Source: the human T2T-CHM13v2.0 reference genome, Homo sapiens
Assembly: GCF_009914755.1 (NCBI RefSeq)
Contig: NC_060925.1
Length of the DNA: 64,000 nt
Reading direction: 5' to 3' (one strand)
The position numbers and the translations under genes are program-made. The notes beneath the pieces are model-generated. The model was not told the DNA's origin, ran no database searches, and worked only from the letters and a program-made list of their open reading frames with translations. Every line of letters starts with the position of its first letter. The first letter of the stretch is position 1. Of the stretch, positions 27,346-40,282 are shown one piece after another.

Positions 27346-30300
27346 AGGGTGAAATAATGGAGATGGAGTGGAAGGCCGGCACAGCTTGGCATCGCTGGAG
27401 TGCGATGTGATAGGAAATGTGCAGCCAAAGACAAAAAGATGTAAGTAGGCTTGACTCATTGAAGCTAAGAACCCAGATGTTATCTTGAGGGTATTAACTA
27501 ATAAGCAGTTTAAATCAGAATGGCACATTCTGATTTGTTTCTTGTACGTTCACATTTGGCAGGCATGGATACTGTTTGAAGAGAGAAAAGTCAGTAGAGA
27601 GAGGTAACAAACTTAAATATGTGCCAAGTCTAGAAACAAGAGACCAGGGGGATAGGGACCTTTCAAAATAAAATGCAAGATTTGAAAACTGATTGGCTGG
27701 GGGATGAGGAAAAGGCAGGTCTTTAAGGTCCATCCCTGTTTTGCTTTAAGTTGTTAGGGGGTGGTTTTATCACATGTTGTAGAATATGTCATTTCAGTTT
27801 TGAACATCTTGAGTTAAATTGTCCTAGCATATCTTATGAATTTGATTTTCTTCCCTGGAAAGCTAATATTTCAAACACTTAAAGAGTATATAGATTTCCA
27901 ACTTGTATCCAGTTTATAAAACTATCTCTAGGCTGCTGATTTCAGGAGGAGGCTTATGAGTATTCTCCTTGCAGAGAATATATCAGGAGTTAACAGCAGC
28001 TTCAATATTTGTGGATGACCGGTTAACTAAGCCACCTCTTAGTGTCTTTAGTTGGGAAATCTTAGCTGAAGATATTCAATAATGAACCAAGAGTGACTAA
28101 GAAATTCAATATTTAAGTATATTTCATTGTAATTAATTTGAATTGAAGTAGCCATATACAGCTAGTATTTACTATATTGAACAATGCAAATAAGAGGAAA
28201 AAATTAATAACCATCTCTAATACCACAGGCCAAAATCCTCATCAATTTATTCTAGCTAAAGGAGTTGATCAGAAGCAGTAGTTGAAAGCACCAACTAAAC
28301 CCAGCTGGGGTTAGTTCACTGTCATTCTCTCAGAACCGTCTCTTCTCTGAACAAAACAAGTACAAGAGTTCATTGTGAATCTGCATTCTCCTTGCCTATT
28401 TTAAGGTTTTGATGTTGACGCAAATTTGTGAAATCCCTCCTGTGGTGTGATATTTCGTTTTCCTTGCTTTGTGTTAGGACAAGAATGCTTCAGCTCTTAA
28501 TTTAAAATTATGTTTCTCCCTCCTAGGTTGAGTGAACTTAGAATGCATTCTCTGACATATCCAAGATTTTGTTAATATGAATTTCGGGAAAAAAGCATAC
28601 TTAATTAGCTAAGACGTCTTATTCTAAGCTTGACCCTATGTTCGACATCTTTTGAATTTCTGGTTGCGTGGGCTGCTCTCTGACACTGGTTAGTGACCTG
28701 GAAGCTCTATTAATGTTAGGGGAGGTGGTGTATGAGCATTAGAGGTATCCTTGCAAGGAAAGACTTGTCTTATCTCAATACGTCTTTTTTTTTGCACACA
28801 AGAAAGTCAATGTCTGAGTCTTCTAAAATCTTCCTATTTCCAAATTGCAGATTATGATTGATTCCTAAACAAAGACCTAATTTTTGACTCAGAGACGTGG
28901 CAAGCTAGTGAATCACCGTTATAATTTAACAATCTTCAAGATAAAATTATCTCTGATATTTAGATTTTGCCCAATTATTAAGATATTTGGGTGTTTCGTT
29001 AAGAATGGAAAACTCTAGTCTCTTGAGCAGAGACTATAAAGGCCTCAGATGATCATTTTTAATTTTATGCTCTTTTCTTTAACACCTTCAACACAGTTGG
29101 AAGCAGCCGATATTCCGCAGAGTTGTTGTGTTTTTTAAACCAAATGCATGGTTCAGTGGTAGAAAACTGGGCTGATCCAAGCTGTTTTCAGCAAACACTT
29201 CATTTCAGGTGACCCATTTCGTATTAAATAATCTCTAGATCCTGTCTTCGAAACTAACTAGATCAGATAAACTACCCTGGATTTTCTCTTTTTAGGGTCT
29301 GAGAGCTGCAGTCACTTTTGTGAAAATGATTACAATGACAAGATAGAGTTGTAGATGGGGAAAATGTTTTGACTAATTTAAGCATAGTGGTATTTCATAT
29401 GAGAATTTAAGTTACACACATTTGAAAATTATAATGGAGTCTCTTGGCTGAGCTTTAAAAAGAAATAGCGTTTAGGCTAAAAAGGGAACTGCTACCTCTC
29501 CTAAAATCAGAAAGATGTTACAGTAATTCTCCATTCTCTAGAATTATCAAGAAGCACCTTTGTGATGATTTACTTTTGCTCTTGCGAGTGTGAGCCCGTG
29601 TAGTCGTGGAACCATCAATTAGAATGGTGGCTTTCTGATCCCAAAGTCACTCGTTCTGAAAACAATATTTTTCATAAATTTGAAAGTGAGAAGTTTTGAT
29701 CTTGCCATTCCCAAGTAACTCTCTTAATAAGAGGCATCAGCATGCTTCAGTGACAGCTGTCACCTTCCATTGCTGAGAGTCATCTTTGAGTTCTCTATTT
29801 CACTCCCTACACTCCAATTTACCTGCAGTTCTCTTGGCCAGTCCTATGAAATACATCCATGGCCTAACGACTTCTCACCACTACTACCACTCATGCTGAC
29901 AGCATTCTCACCTAGGTCACTACCTTTTTTCGCTGGATTAGAGTAGCCTCCCAATTTATTTGCTCACATAACCTATTTATTCTACACAGTGCACCAGATA
30001 CACCCCTTTGAAATGCAAACACAATCATATTATTCTCTGGTGAAATTATCTCATATATTCCTATCGCATTTAAAATTAATTCAGAATCATCCCATGATTA
30101 TCAAAACCCTACATGCTCTTCCACAACATGGTTTACTTCCAAGATATCTCTTCAACATTTTTTTCACTGTACTGAATTGGTGACTAATAGTCATATTTTT
30201 GTTTTTGCTCAAAAAGTCTTGACTTGTAAATTTTTCAGTTTCTCCTTTATCCACAGGTAACTCTTTCCTGATAAGGCGAATTGCTTGCTTCCTTGAATTC

Positions 30301-30869
30301 TGCTCTCAAAGATACCCTTCACTTTCTACCTAATATTAATAACTTTAATCATTCATTATTCCATTACTATGCTCTATGGTGTATACAATTTCTGTTCTTT
30401 GTCATGTTATTAACTAAATTATTTATTGGGTCCAGTAACGTATTCCATAAATATTGTACACATAAAAATTGTGTTATTTTTATTCCTGTATGCTGAGCTG
30501 CCCAATAACAGTCTGAGGATTAACATATTTGTTAAATGCACAAATACATTCTTTCACAAATATTAGTTTAATAATTTTATATTAAACTCCCTCTATACTT
30601 ACAATATGAATTAGATAATTCAGAATAAACATTCCATTGGAAAAAGCTACACAATTTGTTATAAAACATCCTTAAAAGCATCAGAAAATTAATACAGCAA
30701 TGAAGAATTACAGGACCAAATTAAGAATGGTATGAAAGCCTGTTTGTGACGCTTATGTTTGGGTTATCTCTTTATTTGAGTGACTATAAATCTCAAAAGA
30801 GAACTAAAGGGAGAAATAACCGTATCTACTAACACGCTGAGGGTACTTAAACATCTCTTAGTAATTGAG

Positions 30870-30997
30870 AAAATTGAAAGAAAAGAAAAAAGAGAAAGGG
30901 AGAAAGAGAAACAGCGAAAGGGATAATGAAGGAGAGAAAGAAGAAGAGAAAGGAAGAGGAAGAAAAGTAAAAAGGAGGAGGAGGGGGAAGGAAGAAG
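30870..30997. repeat. GA-rich low-complexity tract
   Basis: Purine-rich run GAAAGAAAAG...GGAGGAGGAGGGGGAAGG. Confidence 0.8.
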
Positions 30998-31235
30998 GCA
31001 CAATCACAGCTCACTGCAGTCTCGATCTTCCAGGCTCAAATGATCCTCCCACCTCAGCATCCCAAGTAGCTCACACTACAGGCACCCACCACCACACCAA
31101 GCTAATTTTTATTTTTTTTGTAGAGATGGAGTCTCACTATATTGGCCAGGCTGGTCTTGAACTACTGTAGTCAAGTGGTCCTCCCACCTGAGCCTCCCAA
31201 AGTGCTGGGATTACAAGCATAAGCCACCATACTTG
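30997..31235 (-). mobile_element. Alu (AluJ-type, partial)
   Basis: GGCACAATCACAGCTCACTGCAG...CCTCCCAAAGTGCTGGGATTACA. Confidence 0.85.
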
Positions 31236-31601
31236 GTGAGATATGAATTTCTAGGAAAAAAAATCAAAATTGACTCAAAAAGTAGAAAAAAAACTTACAT
31301 AGATTAAATATATTGAATCAGTAATGAAAAAACTTCCCATAAAGAAATTTCCAGGCCCAAGTGCCTTCACCAAAAAGTTTCATGAAACATACAAGAGAAA
31401 CAAACCAACCAACCAAACAACAACAACAAAAAAAACTCTGCCACCAACACAGAGAATAAAAAAAGAAGACTCCCGAGTTCATTTTACAAGGTTAAAATAA
31501 AAATAACCTTGATATCAAAACCCAACAAGGCAAGTGCAAGAGAAAATATTTACAGGCCATCATTATTCAACGTGGATCAGCAATTATTTTTAAGATGTAC
31601 T

Positions 31602-31897
31602 GGCCAGGTGTGGTGGTCATGCCTGTAATCCTAGTATTTTGGGAGGCCCGAGTGAGAGGATGGCCTGAGCTCAGGAGTTTGAGACCAGCCTGGGCAACAA
31701 GGCAAAATCACGTCTTTATAAAAAATACAAAAATTAGCTGGGCATGGCAGCACACCTATAGACCCAGCTATTCGGGAGGCTGAGGTGGGAGGATCACTTG
31801 AGCCTAGCAGGTTGAGAATGCAGTGATCCCTGATCATGCCACTGTGCTCCAGCCTGGGCAATAGAGTGAGACCCTGTCTCAAAACAACAACAGAAAG
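31602..31897 (+). mobile_element. Alu (AluJ-type)
   Basis: GGCCAGGTGTGGTGG...GAGACCCTGTCTCAAAA. Confidence 0.9.
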
Positions 31898-32099
31898 ATA
31901 TGCTGACCGCCTGTGATGCTGGCCAGGATGGCGTATGCATGCTACGGCCTGTCATTTCCACTGATCACAATTTGAAACTCTGGACAAAATATAAATAGCA
32001 ATGACCCAAGTACTCTGAAAAGTAACCAGCAGACAGGTTGGGAAACGTCAAAACCTGAAGAATTATCTGGATGGTGGTGGTGAGAGATCATATTCTGGG

Positions 32100-33430
32100 T
32101 CATAAAACAAACCCTAAAGTTAAACAATTAAAATTCAGTGAATTATTTTCTCTGATGACAGAATTAAACTAGGAATCTAGAACATTTCTAGAACATCCCC
32201 AAATATGAGAAGTTAAATGGCATACTTCTAAATGGCCCATAGGTCAAAGAGAGTATCTTAAGACAAATTGGAAAACAGTTTGAACTTAATAAATATGACA
32301 TCATCTTATCAAAATATGTGCTTACAGGGCAATTTATGGCACTAAATTATGAGAAATGAAGCATCAAATCAATAATGTAAGCATTTACTTTAAGTAAAAA
32401 AAGAACCAAATAAACTCAAATCAGGCATAAGAAAAACAGACTAAATCAGTAATATTTAAACAAAAACAGTAAAGGAAAAAAATTCAACGAAATCCAAAGT
32501 TGGTTCTTTGCAAGGGCGGTGGGAGGTGGAAGTCAATCAAATGAGGAAGCCTCTAGCAGACTGACAAAGGAAGAAGAGAAAACACAAATTGCCAATACCA
32601 GAAATGAAAGGAATATTATTACAAATCCTGTAGACACTAGAAGGCTAGAATGGACACTACAAAAACAAAACAAACAACTATATGCTTCTAAATTCTACAA
32701 ATTAGGTGAAATAGATCAATTCCTTGAAAGACAGACTACCGAAACTCAAGAAGAAACAGACAGCTTGAATACCCCTGTATTTATTAAAGAAACAGAAGTG
32801 GCACAGCACTTTGGAAGACAATTTGGCAGGTTCTGATAAAGTCAAACGTACATGGACCATGTGACTCGGCAATCCTACCCTTAGGCATTTGCACAAGTGA
32901 AATGAAAACCTATGCTCAGACAAAAAGCACTTTGTGAATTCCAATCCACTTATAATTTATCAAAAAGTGAAAATAGTCCATATTCCTCCAACGACAAACC
33001 AATAAGCAAACCATGTAGTATTTATACAATGGATTACTATTTGGCAATTAAAAGGAATAACTGTTGATGCAGTATATGAAAGTAGCCAGACTCAAAAGGC
33101 TACATCCTGAACGATTCCATTTGTATAAAATTCTGAAAAAAAAGCAATGCCAGAGGAACACAGATCAGTTATTGCCAGAAGTTTACAATGGAAGGTTTTA
33201 CTATAAAGGGCAAGGTAATTTTTGGAGTGATCATATAATTTTGTAATCTACCAAAAACAAACATAATAAATGGGCAGATAAGTAAAGTTCATGGATTGGA
33301 AAGTTCAATATTGCAAAGGTCTCCCAAAAATGACCTATCAATTTAATCCCAGTGGAAATTCCAATCAGTTTTGTGAAGGCTGCTAAGTCAACTCTAAAAT
33401 GGCCAAGAATAGACAAGATCACCGGAGAGG
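32100..33430 (+). mobile_element. Old LINE-1 (L1M) fragments
   Basis: A-rich degenerate ORF2-like text (peptide LTKEEEKTQIANTRNER...KFYKLGEIDQFLER resembles L1 ORF2) and 3' UTR motifs (GCAATCCTACCCTTAGGCATTT, GCAATTAAAAGGAA). Confidence 0.7.
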
Positions 33431-34894
33431 AAGCAGGGAGGTGGACACAAATATCTTCTGATTGATGAGTGAAATCATTAGAAGGCCAGCAAAAATACAA
33501 GTAAGCCAGAATTTCTAAAGCACCACAAAAGAACACTAGTTAGTAGTGCATAAAGGTATCTCCTAAATTTGTTGTAAACATAGGCCTTTAAAAAAAATAT
33601 TAGAAACTGATATTTAAAGAGATATAAACTCATATTAAGCTTTTAAAAAATTCTAAGCAAGGGCCTCACCTAATTTCATAAAAGGTTGCGTAGAACCAAC
33701 CATTGCTGCAAACGATGTGCTGCCCTGAGATGTGAGGATCCCAGTGGTCCCTCTGGGTCAACAGCAGCTACCGCAGGTGAGCCCAAATTCTGATACATTA
33801 TCTATCTACAATCATTATTTTTAACAATTTATATCAATGCTACCCATAAGGCACAGAGAAGCAGAAATGTTTATGTGGCCTCCTGCCAAAAACAATCACT
33901 TGCACTTATTTCTAGTACTCCAGAAAACAGTAATAGAAGTTTTTCAATTTAGAAAAACATTTACAGCAAAGAAAAAAATCTCTGTAAACTTCCTGCTTAA
34001 CCAATCTAGTGAATTGTGATGAGCCATATAAATTCATTTAGCCACCTTATGAAAGACTTAATCCAAAGTCACTTCTAACTTCTAGAAGAGCTAATGTATT
34101 ATAATCACAGTTGTGAAAGACTCAAAGGCCAGAAATGTCAAGGTGTGGTCTATATCCTAAGTCCAGAAAAAAAAACAAAAAGCAACATGTACAGGCCAAA
34201 TGATTGCCAATTTCTTCTGCCTACGTCATCTTTCTTCACTATAGCCTGAAATTACATTTCATGTTTGACAATTCTCAGCAAGGAGACAAAACAAGCTTAT
34301 GAGTAAAATAATAGAAAGCAGAGCCACAGAGAGGACGAGAGGCAGGAGTCATCTCCCAAGTCCAAGTTCAACTTCTATATTATTAGACAAGGCCTCAGTG
34401 TCTTTGAACTGCAAGGAATTAATATTGATTGTAGCATGAGTAAAATCTATCTTCTACTCAACATGAAAAGTCACAGTCGTTTTGTTTAAAGACTCCAGAA
34501 TTATTATAGGCAGAAACAAGTAGGTTCCACACCTATTTGGTGAAACGAGGAATCAGGAATGAGCATTCCCAAGAGAATACAATTACAAAAGTAAAATCAC
34601 CTAGAGTTTTTGGGCTGCTTAAAAAACCCAGAAAGAAGTGCCAAATGGGAAAATAATCAAATTCAGTGGAAAAACTCACTTGAAGGTATCATGGTCAGCT
34701 GGGTTTCCACCCCTTTGTTGCACTTCAAATCCTGTGTATTCCACAAAGACTTGCTCCTTTCTAAAGGCTATGGTTCACATTCAACAGAATAGCAGCAACC
34801 ACCATGAGCCTGAGGGCTGGCTAGTCTTTAGTATTCTGCCTTATTCAAAGAAAGGATCATTTCCCTCATTCCTAAAGATCTCTTAGGTCCATCA

Positions 34895-35073
<179 letters not shown>

Positions 35074-35076
<3 letters not shown>

Positions 35077-35279
35077 TTGGAGCTGGGTAACTGGCAGAGG
35101 TTGAACAATTTGCAGGTCTCAGAAGACAGGAAAATGTGGGAAAGTTTGAAATTCCAAGAGACTTGTTGAATGGCTTTGACCAAAATGCTGATAATGATAT
35201 GGACAATGAAATCCATGCTGAGGCAGTCTCTGATGGAGATGAGGAACTTGCTGGGAACTGGAGCAAAGGTGACTCTTGT
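35074..35279 (+). mobile_element. THE1/MST (MaLR) internal-region fragment without LTR
   Basis: ACTTTGGAGCTGGGTAAC...GAAAATGTGGGAAAGTTTG...GGCTTTGACCAAAATGCTGATAATGATATGGACAATGAA...GGAACTGGAGCAAAGGTGACTCTTGT matches the THE1-int 5' region. Confidence 0.85.
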
Positions 35280-36085
35280 CACCTTTGATAAGATGGTGGT
35301 TGAGGAGAGGTCTTGGCAAGCAGTGATGTGTGAATGTAGTGAGGGGCCTGAAAATGGAACTCAGAGAGGACACTGGGTTTTAGAGGCTGAAACTACAGAA
35401 AGTCCGCTGCGTTCAAGGCCTGCTTCCACCAAAATCTAGCAGTGTGGCCTCAAACCATTTCATTTCTCTTGGCCTCAGTTTCTACATCTGCAAAATGGGA
35501 TTTATAATCCACCCCAGCCCACAGAATTCAGAGTTATATGAGAAGGCTAGAAGAGCTCACCTACCAAGGGACTCTTTTAATGACAAGGTGGGGAAACTGA
35601 GGCACCGAGAAGGCTAGGGCTCTGCTAGCTGTCACCCAGAGTCTGATGGACCTGAGATGAGAAACCAGAACTCCTGCCCCTAGTTCCCCCGGCTTTCCTC
35701 AGGCTGGGGAGTGAGTGCGGTGAGATAGAAAGGGCAAGCCCTCCTGCTGTTTCTCTCTGGACAGGGGCGGGATGCTGGGTGAAGGGTGAAAGGAAGAGGC
35801 TGGAGAAGGGAGAAAAGCTCCAGCTCACACTAAGTCTGAATTTTTTTAAAATGCGGACTCCGTGGCCCCTCCCTTACCCGCCCCAATCCTCTCTGAAGTC
35901 CTGGTTGTGAGGGGCCAAGTCCCAAAGTCTGCTGCTCCGCCTCTCTGTGTGCAGAGCCATGGGGCCTTCACAGGCTGCAGTGGGTCCCGAGCCCCCAGGG
36001 CTGTGCCTGCTGGTCCTGACCAAGATCGCGGCTGCCGAGGTCAGTCCAGCGCCAAGGGCACAGGGCCAGGGCAGGCGGGGCAGGG

Positions 36086-36670
36086 CTACCCGAAGCGCAT
36101 AGAGGCTGCTGGTGTCAACGTGACGTCTTCTGGGGCGCCTGGCATCCCTAGGAGTGGAAGCCGCTGATGAAGTCAAAGCTGCCTCCTCCTTCAGGAAGAC
36201 TTTGCTCCCATAGCTGGCGAACAGGAAGCGGAGCAGCGCCAGGAGGATCTGCGGGCGCTGCTGAGGGCTTCTTTGCAGGGACAGTGCAGCAGGCAGCCAG
36301 GGACAAGACTGCACGGCAGCGCCCCATGGCCAGGGGAAGCTCAGAACCGGAGTCGCCCGCTGCCCGGCGATTCTCCATCCCTGGATCGGTACAGGGGCAT
36401 TTGGACGCTGTGGGGAAGTCGCGGTCTGGGGATATTGGGTCCAGCCTTCGGGTAGAAGCAGGTGATAAACGCACTCAGGCCAGCCCGGAGCGTCAGCCAC
36501 ACTGCGGTGCCCACGATGCCCAGGGTGAGCGCCACGAGGCGCAGGAAATTGGCTAGGGTGGGAGCTCACTGGTAGGCGGCCCTGGAAGTCAAAGATCTGC
36601 TGCTCCAGCGCTGCCACCAGTTGCAGGCAGCAGAAGGCGAGGAGCGTGTGGCACCCGCGTACTCGCCCAT
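36086..36670 (-). pseudogene. NKAIN1 processed pseudogene (Na+/K+-ATPase-interacting protein 1); NKAIN1P-type
   Basis: ATG at 36670-36668 and TAG at 36088-36086. Frame-shifted segments [56 protein letters not shown] and SFDFISGFHS match recalled NKAIN1 ([66 protein letters not shown]). Intronless, several frameshifts, QYRSRYLILY segment deleted; 3' UTR-like sequence probably continues leftwards. Confidence 0.9.
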
Positions 36671-36904
36671 CGCTCCGCGGACCTCTTTATCCAACCTTCA
36701 ATAATTATTCTTTTTATTATATTCAATGATTATTCTACTTTTCATAGAGAGCAGCTGTCAGTCCAATAACACACTTAACAAATGATATACCTAGTCCTCA
36801 AGGTTAACAAACACATGAAGACCAGCCCAACCCTGAAAATCAGTTTGCAAACCTTCGCTATATCTGATGCCATTCCTAAAAATTTTTAGGGACAAGTTTT
36901 GTTT

Positions 36905-37358
36905 GTGGTAAACAACATAAGGTGGGGTGTGTGCTGAGCCCAAAGCTGACCAATTGCTCACAATTACTCATAACTACCCATTGACTTGATTTTATCAAAC
37001 TTCAGACAGTCTTGTCTCCTCTCCTCAGGCCCCTGGACCTTGGCTCACCACCTAAGACTGAACAAGCACTAAAGGACAGACCAGCCCGCTAACAGCTCAC
37101 TCCAAAAATGAGCGGGACTCCCAGAGAAACTATTTTTATTGGAGCATCCTGGTTTTGCCACCTGCTCACCCGACTGCCTGTCCTTCTCTCCAAGGAGGCT
37201 TCTGCCAGCCCTGCTTGTCCTTCCCTAGAAAAGGAAAGCCTTTTCCTGTTTGATCCTGAGACACCTGTAGATTGAGTTTGGAATATTCTCCCTATTGCAA
37301 TAGTATTTTTGAATAAGTTTTATTTTTCCCTACCTCTGGTTGATTTTTAATTAATACC
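36905..37358 (+). mobile_element. Solo ERV LTR-like element
   Basis: TG...CA-bounded ~450 bp with the LTR-typical CCTATTGCAATAGT...GAATAAG near the 3' end; family not assigned. Confidence 0.5.
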
Positions 37359-37391
37359 AGTAAGCTTGGATGAAAGCCTGCACACCTTAGG

Positions 37392-37415
37392 TGTGTGTGT
37401 GTGTGTGTATGTATG
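37392..37415. repeat. (TG)n microsatellite
   Basis: GTGTGTGT...GTATGTATG. Confidence 0.9.
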
Positions 37416-39946
37416 TACTTTAGCATTATCATGAAAGTAATAACAGTAAAATCAAACAAACACAGATGGATAAGCAATATGTTGGACTAGTATGAAAATG
37501 GCATTGCCAGCAGTGATATGATTTTTTTTTCAAAATGGTACACTTTTTGAAGTATAATCTTATTTTAACCTAAAATCTTACTATCAGAAAATGCAGTGTA
37601 CATTAAAATGTTCTGAACTGCTTTTATTCATATATTAAATGGTTGTACTCAAATATCTACAAATTTGTTTTTCACTTATGTAATTGTCTTATAGAATGTT
37701 CAAAAGTCTTGCAGAATGTGAGACAATTTTCTATTGAATACGATCGCTTTATCATTGCAAGACATCAAACATCCCTGTTTCCTGCCAAATAAATGTACAA
37801 TAGCAATAAATGTAAAGGTGTGTTTTGTAAAAAAGATATATTTTTGAGTTACAAAACAAGGATTTTAAAACTTGAATTGTTACAGTGAATATGTCTTAAT
37901 ACAGGCCAGAGTCATTTAGGTAAAAAATTACCTCATATCTATTCTTTGCAGTATCACTTAAAGGTGTTTATTTAGCGGCAAAGATTTTTTTTTTTGTGCC
38001 TAGAGGCAGATATTTTGCCCCATGGCTATTTACGGTATGAAACTGTATTTAAATGAGTGTACATATATAAAAGCTGCCATTCTGGCTGTAAACTATTGCA
38101 GGTTATCAAGATTAAAAAATAAACAAATAAAAATATTTCAGTTTTTCTATGAAATGTCTTTACTCGAGTCCAAATGTAGAGATATAAAATGCTTGAAATT
38201 CATAAAACCAAGTGTTTCACATATTTCAGTTGTGATGGCCTTTGTCCTACTTTTGTTAGTGAAGCAGGCAGACTGCATTTTTTCCCTCTCATACATCTTC
38301 AAATGGTAGACAGAAAAATTTGATAAAACTTCTAGGGCATTATCTGATGAAACACATTAAACACTAAAGGAGAAATACAACTTCATTGTTTATAAAAGAC
38401 GTATAAGAAGGAAACCTGCATACATATATCTATCAGTTTTGTATTTTCAAGAAATATTTGCCTTAAAATGAACTTCATTAGAATATGTGTTCTCCCACAG
38501 AGCCAAGGAAAGTAAGTTAGACACAGGATCTGGAAGTCTACCTGTGTGATGTAATTACATTGAAAACATTCCACAAATAATGCAGAAATGTATCATTGTG
38601 ACCCAAAATATTCTCTAAATTTTCTCAAAGCAATGTGGCCACATCTATTATCTTTTACTATGACTAGTCATCATTCCATGCATTTGAACATTACCTCACC
38701 CATTTGCAGCCTCCTATCTCTGCAATTAATTATGGCTAACATTCTCAGCAGTCCAAACATCTTGCAAGTGACAGCTTGAAAAGGCCTACCAGAATGATGT
38801 TCACTCTGCCACCTGACTAGCTTGTCTTCCATCTAGACATTGCAGTATGTAGAAGAGTGCTTTTAGTATTATAAATTTGATCCAACACGTGTTCAATTAG
38901 ATGAAATCTTAAATATTGCACTACATGTGAATTGGGAAAATGTTAATTTGCTTCTGTAGTTTTAAGTGTATTCTCAGAGGCAGATGAAGACATATTACAT
39001 CACTGAGTTCAAGAAATAAAGTAAATAGAAGAAAAAAGGTGTTATTTTAGTTTGGTTATGTTTATATTTGAAGTTTTCTTATCATACCTTATTTTTTGTT
39101 TATTAATTCCAGGGTAGAGTAGAAAAATATGCTCTCATATAATATAAAAATGATATGGGGAAAAGAAGTAAAAAATTAACTTAGAGACACCATTAATTAA
39201 TTTCTTTTATAAATGAAACACTAGATAGTTTCTATTTGTTTTGACAAATAGATAATATATTTAGAATCAATGCTTTATTTCTTGGAAAGTGGAGTGAAAA
39301 ATTTAAATGTAGTATTCAGATTGTATTATAACTGTGCACTACAGATCACATACATTTGTCTTTTCTTTGTATTATACATTATTTAATGGTAAGCATCCTT
39401 TCAAGGGCTATTTTATATAAGTAGTAAGGTATCTGGAATTTCTGAAATAATAAAAGTGACCTAAATCACTGTGTTTGGTAAATTCACAATACCCAAATAG
39501 CAGGAGGGGAGTGCTAGAGGTAGGGAGGAGAATGCTCATGTTCTCATTATTCCCAAACAGATTCTTAAAGTCTTCTCACTGGACACATGGATGCACCTCT
39601 GTAATACCCAATGTCTTAGCCACAACTGTCTGCACTTTTTAATGAGATACATTTCAACATTATTCCTTGTCACCTCAATATCAGATACTTTCTCATGTAA
39701 TCTTTTACTTCTGAGGAGTTGAATTCTTGATCCATAAACTGATTCCATAGTTATGCATCCGTGGATGTTTTTAAATTATGTGAAAATTTTGTATATGCAT
39801 TTTTCAGGGGAAAGTATCAGATCACCCACCTGGTGATTGTAACAAAAACAATCACTCCTGTTGGTATTTAAGTCTTAATTAATTCAGAAAAATTTGCACA
39901 CACCCTAAGGTCAGATAGTATTTTGTACCCTACATATAAAAACTCC

Positions 39947-40040
39947 TTTTTTTTTTTTTTTTTTGAGATGGAGTCTCACTCTGTTGCCCAGGTTGGAGTG
40001 CACTGGCATGATCTCTGCTCACTGCAAACTCTGCCTCCCA
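39947..40040 (-). mobile_element. Alu 3' fragment
   Basis: Poly-T plus ~75 bp of the right arm, ending abruptly at CTGCCTCCCA. Confidence 0.85.
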
Positions 40041-40282
40041 TAACATTAATGATCACTGATCACAGATCACCGTAACGAATATAATAATAAGGAAATATTT
40101 TAAAAATTGTGAAGATTACCAAAGTGTGAAACCAAGACACAAAGTGAGCACAGGCTGTTTGTTAAATGGCACCAATAGACTTGCTTCACCAGGGTTGTCA
40201 CAAACATCTCATTTGTAAATAAAGAAAAAATGTTCCTATCTGTGAAGCACAATAAAGAGAAGTGCAATAAAATATGTTTGTA
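40041..40282 (-). mobile_element. Tigger1 terminal fragment
   Basis: GATCACTGATCACAGATCACC...AAGTGAGCACAGGCTGTT...AAATGGCACCAATAGACTTGCT...ATCTGTGAAGCACAATAAA matches the reverse complement of the Tigger1 left end. Confidence 0.8.

Larger units (their letters stand above)
25880..27350. promoter_or_regulatory. CpG island (KSR1-derived 5' end plus GC-rich tandem repeat)
   Basis: Very high GC content and dense CpG, including many CCGCGG sites, against an AT-rich background. Promoter activity not shown. Confidence 0.7.

Noticed and set aside
26262-27528. 370-aa, 223-aa, 192-aa and 178-aa Pro/Arg/Ala- or Lys/Gly-rich ORFs on both strands
   Set aside because: Products of the GC-rich tandem repeat, open in nearly all frames, which indicates composition rather than coding selection.
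35874-36617. 247-aa - strand ORF as an intact NKAIN gene
   Set aside because: Only short stretches are in the NKAIN1 frame; the rest is frameshifted and the true ATG at 36670 is in a different frame.
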